A stretch of 64,000 nucleotides of DNA from Squalus acanthias (lineage: Eukaryota), in assembly GCA_030390025.1 (NCBI GenBank), contig CM059432.1, positions 49,292,001-49,356,000 of the forward strand, in the 5' to 3' direction. The notes beneath the pieces were generated by a model, which saw only the letters and a list, made by a program, of their open reading frames with translations, was not told the DNA's origin and made no database searches. Position 1 is the stretch's first letter. Each line of letters starts with the position of its first letter. A program made the translations under genes and the position numbers. Of this stretch, positions 1-10,195 are shown piece after piece.

Positions 1-2152
1 GGAAGGGAGGAGGTAAAAGGGCAGGTGTTGCATCTCCTGCGCTTGCACGGGAAGGGTCCGGGTGAAGCGGAAGGGCTGTTGGGGGCGATTGAGGAGTGGA
101 CCAGGATGTCGCGGAGGGAGCGTTCCCTTCGGAATGCTGAAAGAGGAGATGAGGGGAAGATGCGTTTGGTGGTGGGATCACGTTGGAGGTGGCAGAAATG
201 GCGGAGGATGATCCGTTGAATGTGGAGGCTGGTGGAGTGAAAGGTGAGGACAAGGGGAACCCTATCGTGGTTCTGGGAGGAAGGGGAAGGGGTGAGAGCA
301 GAAGTGCGGGAAATGTAACGAACACGGTCAAGGGCCGTGTCAACCGCAGTAGAGGGGAATCCTCAGTTGAGGAAAAAGGAAGACATATCGGAAGCACTGG
401 TATGGAAGGTGGCATCGTCAGAACAGATGCAGCAGAGACGGAGAAACTGGGAGAATGGAATAGAGTCCTTACAGGAAGCCGGGTTGGAGGAAGTGTAGTC
501 CAGGTAGCTGTGGGAGTCAGTGGGCTTGTAGTGGATGTTTGTTGCTAGCCTATCACCAGAAATGGAGACAGAGAAGTCAAGGAAGGGAAGGGAAGAGTCG
601 GAGATGGACCATGTGAAGGTGAGAGTGGAAATTGGAAGTAAAGTGAATGAACTTTTCTAGTTCAGGGCGAGAGCAGGAAACGGCACCGATACAGTCATCG
701 ATGTACCGGAAAAAGAGGTGAGGGAGGGGACCTGAGTAGGACTGGAACAAAGAATGTTCCACATATCCCATGAAAAGGCAGGCATAGCTAGGGGCCCATG
801 CGGGTTCCCATAGCAACACCTTTAATTTGGAGGAAGTGAGTGGGGTCAAAGGAGAAGTTGTTCAATGTAAGAACAAGTTCAGCCAGGCGGAGGAAGGTGG
901 TGGTGGGTGGGGACTGGTTGGGCCTCTGTTCAAGGAAGAAGCGGAGCGCCCTCAGGCCGTCCTGGTGGGGGATGGAGGTGTAGAGGGTTTGGATGTCCAT
1001 ATTGAAAAGGAGATGGTTGGGGCCAGGAAACTGGAAACTGTTAAAAGTGGCGGAGGGCGTCGGAAGAGTCGCGAATGTAGGTGGGAAGAGACTGGACAAG
1101 GGGAGAAAAAATAGAGTCAAGATAGGAAGAGATAAGTTCCGTGGGGCAAGAACAGGCTGAAACGATGGGTCGACCAGGGCAGTCCTGTTTGTGGATCTTG
1201 GTAAGGAGGTAGAAGCGGGCTGTGCGGGGTTGGGGGACTATGAGGTTGGTGGCCATGGAGGGAAGATCTCCAGAGATGAGGTCAGTGAGTCTTGGAAACA
1301 ATGGCTTGATGTTTGGTAGTGGTGTCATGTCCAGGGGGAGATAGGAGGAGATGTCAGAGAGTTGGCGTTCAGCTTCCGCACGGTAGAGGTCGGTTCGCCA
1401 AACAACAACAGCACCACCCTTGTCAGCAGGTTTAATGATAATGTTAGGGTTGGATCTGAGAGAACAGAGTGCTGCAAGTTCAGAGGGAGGTATGATGGAG
1501 TGAGTGAGGGGAGCAGAGAAATTGAGATGGTCGATGTCACGCCGGCAGTTAGCAATGAAAAGATCTAGAGAGGGTAAGAGGCCAGAGGGAGGGGTCCAGG
1601 TAGAACAAGAATTCTGAAAGCGGGAGAAAGGGTCAGCCATGCGGGGGGAAGACTTCTGGCCAAAGAAGTGGGCACGGAGAAGAAGGCGACGGAAAAAGAG
1701 CTCAGCATCGTGCCGAGCTCAAAATTCATTGAGATGGAGGCGTAAGTGGATGAAGCTCAGGCCTTTGCTGAGGACTGATCATTCGGGGTCAGAGAGGGGA
1801 AGGTCAGAGGGGATAGTGAAAACACGGCAGGATGTGAGATTGGAAGAAGGGATGGGGTCAGAGGAAATTGAAGGTGAAGGTGGTTCCGGAGGGGCGTTGG
1901 TGTCCAAGAGTTGATGAAGCTTGCGATCCTTGACATCAGAAAGGAAGAAAAATAGTTTTTTGTTGAAGTGCCGGATGAGTCGAAGGATGAAATGGAACTG
2001 TGGACCCGGACAGCTTTGAGATAGAGTGCGTCGGTGTTGCTGAAGAGAGAGGTCGTGAGTGTTCATGTGGCGGCGCATGGCGTTGAGCGTGGATCTCAGG
2101 ATGCGGCGAGAGCAGTAGTTCGAGGAACGCTGAATATGCGGCGAGAACAGTT
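1..2152 (-). mobile_element. Penelope-like retroelement, frameshifted reverse transcriptase region; continues off the left edge
   Basis: Minus-strand ORF pieces 1779-2156, 1041-1640, 788-1120 and 577-849 carry PLE RT motifs: KPADKGGAVVVW, PGRPIVS, MDIQTLYTSIP, KGVAMGT, FRYIDD. Bases 1-550 are homologous to the PLE at 25825-26100. Confidence 0.92.
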
Positions 2153-2590
2153 TCACCAGAATGATACCAGGGCTGAAAGGATTAAATTATGAGGACAGGT
2201 CACACAGACTAGGCTTGTATTCCCTTGAGTATAGAAGATAAAGGGGTGATCTAATTGAGGTATTTAAGATCATTAAAGGAATTGATAGGGTAGATAGAAA
2301 CCATTTCCTTTGGTGGGGAGTCCAGAACAAGGGGGTATAACCTTTAAATTAGAGTTAGGTCTTTCAGGGGTGATGTCAAGAAGCACTTCTTCACATAAAG
2401 GGTAGTGGAAATCTGGAATGCTATCCCCAAAACGCTGTCGAGGCTAGGTCAATTGAAAATTTCAAAACGGAGATTGATAGGCAAGGGTAGTAAGGGTTAT
2501 GGAACCAAGGCAGGTAGATGGAGTTAAGATACAGATTATCCATGATCTAACTGAATGGTGGAATAGGCTTGAGAGGCTGAATGTTCCTAG
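2153..2590 (+). mobile_element. CR1 LINE, 5'-truncated 3' fragment
   Basis: Decayed ORF2 C-terminus (FTRMIPGLKGLNYEDR..LGLYSLE) and a 3' UTR homologous to the other CR1 copies in the window. Confidence 0.85.
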
Positions 2591-3626
2591 AAAGCTGCAG
2601 AAGTTTCTAAGGGGACAGTCACGTCCAAATTTAATTTAAGACAATCTTAAATCTGGACTGTTCCCACAGAACGTCTTTTTAATTTAAGCTGCAGCTGCTA
2701 ATTACTATTATCTTTAAATATATTTCAAATATTTGAACACATTCACCAGAAGAAAGGAGATTTAATACAGCCTACTGGAGCATATTTATCAGTCAGCTGG
2801 TAAGCAAGCTTCAAGGGACAAATGTCACAGGGTAGCTTTTCTATGACAGATGCACTGTTCCAGTGACAGTATTTGGCTATAATATCTGATGTTTGCAGTT
2901 GGCCTTGATTCTCTAGCAGCACAGCACTAAACTACCTTGACTGACATTCAAACTCACTTGTTCCAACTGGAGAAGTTTCATGAGCTGTTCACTAGACTGA
3001 TAAATGAACTACAGAACAGTGGCAGATTGTTCCCCTTATAGGGGGAAAGATTGTGGAAAAATTGGCAGGCCCACCATCAAGGACCTTCGTTAGTGCAGGG
3101 GAGCAGTTTTCTTTCTCTTCTAATTTCTTTGTCAGAATATACATCTATTATTGTCTTATTTTCTAATCCCCCTGAGTCAAACAGCAGATGTAGCTGAAAC
3201 AGCAGCTGTCCTGTTCCCAAATCGTTTGTCAAAGCTGCTCTGAACTGCCTGGAGTTACATTAGTGTGGTCTGGGAAGACTATCTGATCTTCTCTCCATTT
3301 CATCAGGAGATGCCTAGCCTTCTGTTAACAGCACCCACACAGGGAGCATGGCTAATATCCGGAACCCTCTGGAATGTGAAACTGACCTGCATCCCCTAGT
3401 GCTGTGGCATTGCATGATAGTGTCCCAGTATGCTATGTAACTGCACTAGCAATGAGGAAGCAGTACTGATGGAGATAGAACCATGGTCTCAACTGTCTCA
3501 ACAACTTGGTTGAAGAAGTGACATATGAACATTAATTGTACTGGCTACAGTAATCATATTGCAAATGTTCAGAGTAAATATGTGGTAAACAGCTGAAACT
3601 ATTAAGTCCATTCAGTGAAAAACACA

Positions 3627-4256
3627 GGTCTAGTAATTGGATCGCACAGCGCCCATTTTTCGGATGAAAACAGGCACTGACGGGTCCAAAATGGCATGTG
3701 GCGTACGCAAACTGCACGTCATATTAGAAACGGCACTCTGTATTCGTCCAGGGCACTTGCCTGAAACAGGTGTTAGGCCTATTGCCCATGCAAATCGGGG
3801 ACCTGTTTCAGGCCCCTTTGCCAAATTAGTTTAAAACCGAGCACAACGTGCGCCATGAATGCTGCGGCCAGTTTTCCCAGACGCACAGCAGTCAAACCAG
3901 AGATCGCTGGAGGCTGCCACCAAAAAGGTAAGTAAAATATTTATACTTACCTGTATGTGGAGCCAGGAGGAGTAGGATTTTTCCCCCTGGTCCACATTTA
4001 AACTGCGGGCCGCTGCTCACCCCATTTACGTTTACCTTCCCCACCCACCCACTGGACTTACATGCTTCCCTTTGCTGGTGTCTCAGCAGGCTGATCTTAC
4101 TCCCCCCCACCCACCCCCCGTGACCAGCCGGGGCCGCAACTGGCTCCCACAGCTCACTGGTAATGAGGCCGGTGGACCAATTTCCTGTGGTTCTGTTGCT
4201 GGCCTCTTTAGGCACATGATCGTCTCTGAATTCGGGCACAATCCAATGTCTAGGCC
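3627..4256. mobile_element. Non-autonomous DNA transposon (Harbinger/PIF-type MITE)
   Basis: Imperfect terminal inverted repeats (TIRs) GGTCTAGTAATTGGATC and reverse complement GGCCTAGACATTGGATT; flanks ACA/ATA; CpG-rich interior with no coding capacity. Confidence 0.6.
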
Positions 4257-4490
4257 ATAATTTTTAGGTTTCCTCAAACTTCAACCTTAAAATTCAACCT
4301 GTAGAAGAATAAAGAGGATCATTTACCCTACGCTGAAAGTGCGTCACTCATGAAATCTTGCCAATTCCTTCCTTTTTCCTTTTTCCACTGTATTAAAGGT
4401 ACATTTCAGATACCATCGCACACTCGATTACATCGACAAACGTACGTTATTGTTGCAATATTGCAATGTCTCTTACCACTGGGAAAACCA

Positions 4491-5688
4491 TTCAAAAGGC
4501 TTTCGATAAGGTCCCGCATAAGAGATTAGCATGTAAAGTTAAGGCACATGGGATTGGGGGCAAGGTATTGACTTGGATAGAGAACTGGTTGGCGGACAGA
4601 AAGCAGAGAGTAGGAATTAATGGGTCTTTTTCCGTGTGGCATGCAGTGACTAGTAGGGTACAGCAGGGATCGGTCCTTGGACCCCAGCTATTCACAATAT
4701 ACATTAATGATCTAGATAAGGGAACTAAATGTAATATCTCCAAGTTTGCAGATGACACAAAGCTGGGTGGGCGTGTGTGCTGCGAGGAGGATACCGAGAA
4801 ACTCCAGGCTAATTTGGACAGGTTGGGTGAGTGGGCAGAAGCGTGGCAGATGCAATATAACGTGGATAAATGCGAGGTTATCCACTTTGGTGTCAAAAAC
4901 AGAAAGGCAGACTATTATCTGAATGGCAATAAATTGGGAGAAGGGAAAGTGCAATGAGACCTGGGTGTCCTTGTGCACCAGTCGCTGAAGGTAAGCATGC
5001 AGGTGCAGCAGGCGCTGAAGAAGGCAAATGGTATGTTGGCCTTCATAGCGAAAGGGTTTGAGTATAGGAACAGGGATGTCCTGCTACAGTTGTACAGGGC
5101 CTTGGTGAGACCACACCTTGAGTACTGTGTGCAGTTTTGGTCGCCTTATCTGAGGAAGGATGTTCTTGCCATGGAAGGAGTTCAGTGAAGATTCACAAGG
5201 CTGATACCTGGGATGGCAGGAATGACATATGAGGAGAGATTGGGTCGATTGGGCTTATACTCACTGGAGTATAGAAGAATGAGAGGGGATCTCATCGAAA
5301 CATATAAAATTCTGACAGGTCTGGACAAACTAGATGCAGGAAGAATGTTCCCGATGGTCGGAGAGTCCAAAACCAGGGGTCATAATCTAAGGATAAGGGG
5401 TAAGCCATTTAGGACAGAAATGAGGAAGAATTTCATCACCCAGAGAGTGGTGAACCTGTGGAATTCTCTACCACAGAAGGTAGTTGAGGCCAAGTCATTA
5501 AATATATTCAAGAATGAGTTAGATATATTTCTTAAAGCTAAAGGTATCAAGGGATATGGGGAGAAGGCAGGTACAGGGTACTGAGTTTGGATGATCAGCC
5601 ATGATCTCATCGAATGGCGGAGCAGGCTCGAGGGGCCGAATGGCCTACTCCTGCTCCTATTTTCTATGTTTCTATGTATGTTTCTATG
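4491..5688 (+). mobile_element. CR1 LINE, 5'-truncated (RT C-terminal half and 3' UTR)
   Basis: KAFDKVPH, QGSVLGP, KFADDTKLG and RPHLEYCVQFWSP motifs; ends in a (TTTCTATG)n tail. Confidence 0.93.
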
Positions 5689-6029
5689 ATGCCTGTAATG
5701 GTGCTGGGAGCAAAAAAATATTTTAAAAAGAATTGACACAAAGGCCTATGAGAACCTAAGTGCCAGCAGAGAGAAAAAAAATAACTTTACTGGAAATGCA
5801 CCCATATGTTAGTCAGATATTTCTTCTGGGTTGTCACAATGAATCTCTTAATGCATTCTTACTTGACCCAACTTGTTGTAACCAGAAACCAAAGACATCA
5901 AAATCCAATTATCTAATCAATGAGGAGACAGCCAAAAATCAATAAGAGCTTGGATTGTGAGCACATAGGAGTCATCTTCAGGCCATATTTAGCAGTAATT
6001 ACTTTGCTGGTCCTTGCTACATTTATACT

Positions 6030-6178
6030 ATTAATTTTCACAGGGGCTCTCTCGATCTTCTGCCGTAATTTCAGTGGAAGATCCGTGGAAATCCTGGAGA
6101 AACCATTTCTCTGGAGTTTCCCAGGACCTTCTGAAGTTATGGAGGACAATCGGAAAAACCCCTGCTGAAATTCAACCC
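6030..6178. repeat. Old palindromic (hairpin) MITE-like repeat; related copy at ~48130-48285
   Basis: Self-complementary arms (CCGTAATTTCAG...CTGAAGTTATGG) and shared sequence with the 48130-48285 segment. Confidence 0.45.
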
Positions 6179-6319
6179 GTTAGATATTTCTCAGAATTTT
6201 CCCCTCCTTGTTAGTGGAACCTCCCTGTTCATACTGAAGAATGATTTTACTAAACAGAATGGAAAGTACATGGCGGTGGCCACCACCGGTCAAGTTAGTT
6301 CCTGCTATATTGAAACTAT

Positions 6320-7163
6320 GGGCTGGATTTTGTCAATGGGGACGTGATGGAGGCGGGACTCCCACTTTTTGGGTTGTAGTCCCGCCTCCATCGACTTGTG
6401 GCCAACCCACTGTATTTTCCCTTGATTGACCTTGTTAAGCCCGCCCAGCGGGCTTAGCAGGCCAATCAAGGGTCCCTTGGATACAGGTGACGTCGGCCAT
6501 TGAAATTTCATCTGTCAAGAGCTTTTGACAGATGAAATTTCAGCGTTTGACAGCTCTGTGAAGCTGTCAAACACTGACAATATGATTTCTAATGTGAGTC
6601 ACTGTACTTAGACTCAGTTAGAAATCAATCCAGCACAGAAAGCAGAGACTGCAGCTTTTGACAGCTCAACGGCCATTCTGCTTTCTGTGCCGGTGAGATT
6701 TCTGACTCCCGAGACCTGAAGGGCTGACACCTGCAGGAGGAAGTTAAGGTAAGTAAAACTTTTTTCCACACTTTACACTTACCTTACACACTTACCTCTG
6801 CACACATGCACCCATCACTCACCTGCCCACCGGACATATCGACTCCTCCAACCCCTGCAGACCCACGGTCCGCCTTGCTGAAACGGCGTGGTTGGGACCT
6901 GTCGGAGAGCCCACATTTCAGGCATAAAAATAGGGATTAGGCAAAAAACTGCCTGTTAACTACCTGTTAACAGGCAGTTAATTGTCACTAATCCCCTTCC
7001 CGCCTCGGGGAGGCGGCTCCCAGCACATATCGGGTACCCGCCTCCAGCGAAACTGGCATGGAGGCGGGTTGGGGGCGGGATGGGTTCGGGACCCCCGAAT
7101 CTGCTATTTTCCCACCCCACACGCCTCCAAACTCGCCTCCACGGGTCAATGAAAATTCTGCCC
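6320..7163. mobile_element. Harbinger-type MITE
   Basis: TIRs GGGCTGGATTTT and reverse complement GGGCAGAATTTT; flanks TAT/GAT; the left end recurs inverted at 57424-57552. Confidence 0.65.
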
Positions 7164-8770
7164 GATGTGTTGCCCTCCAGTTTTCAGGCTACTGGTTCCT
7201 CTTATGGCTCCCAAAAAGAACCAAGTTTGATTTGGATGGGGACTGGACATGGGAATATCATGGCTGAAGTTCTGAGTTTGCTTGGCCGACAAATGCTCAT
7301 CAAAAACTTTACCGTAGTAACTGATATCTCCATCATGAAATACAGAAGTGAGTTAGGAAGGAAAAATTCTGGTTTATTTTAAACACACACATTTAGGTCA
7401 TAATTTTTGTCTCCTGCTTCAAGTCATTTCTTACCGGTTGAGAAGTGGTGCTAATCCCACAGGAACAGTAAAGTGCGAATAGTCCAATTTCCTGGATCAG
7501 ACTATTTGCATAATTATTCACAGAACCTGGTGCAGATTTGGGTAGGTATATTGAGAATACTAGCAGTGAGAATGGAAAATTGCATATAGGTGAAATTTAA
7601 AGGGGTGGAAACAATTAAAAGGGAAGTATCACAATAGAGTGCCAAAAATCTGAAAGCCTCGGGAAAGGCTCCAAAGTCTTTTCATCCCATTATTGGGCTG
7701 AGGGTTAAGAAGTGACAGACAGAAATGAAGGGAAAGGAAACCCCTTCTGCAGATAGGAGTCTGAAGGCAAGTGATGGTGTAGCCTAGCCACCAATCCCGT
7801 TTGACAGCTGAAGTGGAAGTGATGCTGTATGAGGTGGTTGCGAGGAGAGTGGCCCTCTCTACCAAAGCCAGGTGTGTTCACCTTTGTTTGCAGGCGCGAG
7901 TGTGCAGTTGCCAGCAAGTGGACTCAAGAGCGCCTCTTATGCAGTCTGGCCTGATTGGCATCCCTTTGTCGATCCTCCTCCTCTTCTTTTTCCAAGGACC
8001 ACAGACGGGTGATCACCACTGGGAAAGATGCCTGTAATGGTGCTGGGAGCAAAAAAAATATTTTTAAAACTATTGGCACGAAGGCTTATGAGAACCTAAG
8101 TGCCGACAGAGAAAAAAAGCCTCAGATGGCCTAAAAACTATTGGATGAATCTCTTACTGACACTTTAAACTTTCTTTCATATACTGCGAACACCTAACAA
8201 CCTGGATGCCCATTCTTACAAGTGATCATTAGAAGTGTAATGCCAAAACATTATGCAGCAGATGTTATTGCATTACTTCTGCATCATTATATCTTTGCAT
8301 TCCTACACCTGCCTGACAAAATGCACAAAAGGGACAGAGAGCCAGCATTTTAGGTCTGTGCCCCTTTTATCAATACGGTTATACCTCATGAACCAGCAGA
8401 CATGGGCCTGTAACAGCAGGACAATAGGGCTCTTGCAATCAGTTTACATCTTAGAAATTTCCAAATGGTCCACTGAAAAAACTATCTGATTCAAAAGCAG
8501 ATGGGTGGCAACCCTATATGAGATGTGTGAGATATTAACTGAATGTGACAGTGCCAGGCTTAAAACTACATTTCACACCTGAGAATGTGTACTGATATCA
8601 GCTTCAGCAATGTAGAGCTTCAACAGCAAAGTTTCATTTGGGTTGCAGAGCGGCAAGCAGCTGCTCTTAAATTTCCACACCTCCAACTGGTGGGACCATT
8701 CTTCAATGGGATATGGTGTGTGCCCATGCTGTGGTCAGGAGAATAATCGCATTGCATTCACACATCTTAT

Positions 8771-9214
8771 GGAGAGAGATTTTCACTGGCTCAGCAGGGC
8801 GGAAACGGGCAGTAGTGCCTCGAACATCACAGGGAAAAAATTACTGCACTGTTCACACCCAATGTCATCCTGAAAGTGGCCTATTGCTGGGTGCTCTGCC
8901 TATTTGAAGTGGCAGGCTCTTAATATGCAAATTGGGGTCCTATGATGTGCATTGGACCCCAAATGCCATTTTGGAGACAAGTGGGCCACCCTGTTTTATC
9001 TGGTGCAACAACATCAGGGGACCAAAATCAGTAAGTTTAAAATAATGTGCGCGCCGCCAGGAGGAGCACCAGGCTCCCTCCTCCATGACGACTTCCATTC
9101 CTGCTGCCAGGTCAGCAATGCGGGCTAGCCCGGAGCAGTGCACTAGAGACATGGTAATGAGGACCAGGCTTCCACGCTCCTCCAATTGTCCGCCCAATAG
9201 TTAAAATCTACCCC
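8771..9214. mobile_element. Harbinger-type MITE (degenerate)
   Basis: Left end (G)GAGAGATTTTCACT versus right-end reverse complement GGGGTAGATTTTAACT. Confidence 0.5.
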
Positions 9215-9300
9215 ATGGTAAGGTGCACTACCCACCATGCTGTCCATGAGAAGCTCATGGCATCAGCTGCCCACTTACCAAGGGTTGAAACCCATGCCCT

Positions 9301-9897
9301 TGGGGGGGGGAGGAGTGTGAAATATTAGATGAAATAAACATAGTGAGAGAGGAAGTATTAAGATGTTTAGCAGCTTTAAAAGTGAATAAATCCCCAGGCC
9401 CGGATGAAATGTATCCCAGGCTGGTGAGTGAAGCAAAAGAGGAAATAGCAGAGGCCCTGACCATCATTTTTCAATCCTCTCGGGCTTCAGGTGTGGTGCC
9501 GGAGGACTGCTAATGAGGTACCCTTGTTTAAAAAGGGAGGAAAGGATAGACCGAGTAATTACAGGCCAGTCAGCCTAACCTCGGTGGTGGGAAAATTATT
9601 GGAAAGAATTCTGAAGGACAGGATAAATCTTCATTTAGAAAGACACAGATTAATCAAGGACAGTCAGCACAGATTTGTTAAGGGAAGGTCGTGTCTGACA
9701 AACTTGATTGAATTTTTTGAGGAGGTAACAAGGAGGGTAGATGAGGGTAGTGCGTTTGATGTAGTGTATATGGACTTTAACAAGGCTTTTGATAAGGGTC
9801 CATATGGCAGACTGGTCATGAAGTTAAAAGCCCATGGGATCCAGGGCAAAGTGTCAAGCTGGATTCAAAACTGGCTCGGAGACAGGAAGCAGATGGT
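9301..9897 (+). mobile_element. CR1 LINE, 5' part (interrupted by Gypsy copy 1)
   Basis: KSPGPD, NYRPVSLTSVVGK, SCLTNL and YMDFNKAFDK motifs; the sequence resumes at 14328. Confidence 0.93.
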
Positions 9898-10175
9898 TAT
9901 TGTGGCTGCCGCGAAGCACGAATTGAGGCCGAGTCAATATGTGGAGCACATGGCTTTTAATTACATACTCCTTGGCAAAATGGCTGCTACAACTTCTCTC
10001 TGCAAAACCCTACTGGTTGAGGGCGACGCCCGCTCTTTTTAAGTTCCCACTGAGGGCGACGCCCACTCCTTTTTTCATGCCTTAAAGGCAGCATGCGCCT
10101 TAAAGGCAAGGTGCCCGATTTATTGTCCACGGACGGAAAAGTGGATTGCGCCAGTTTAGGTGGCGATCCGCCACA
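9898..10175 (-). repeat. 3' LTR of Gypsy copy 1
   Basis: Direct repeat of 14050-14327; TGTGGC...GCCACA inverted termini plus ATA; preceded on the minus strand by a GGGGGGTGCTG tract. Confidence 0.95.
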
Positions 10176-10195
10176 CAGCACCCCCCAGAATCCGC

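Noticed and set aside
8015..8118. H/ACA snoRNA reading of the duplicated segment
   Set aside because: The hairpins are too short and the ACA is not kept in the second copy.
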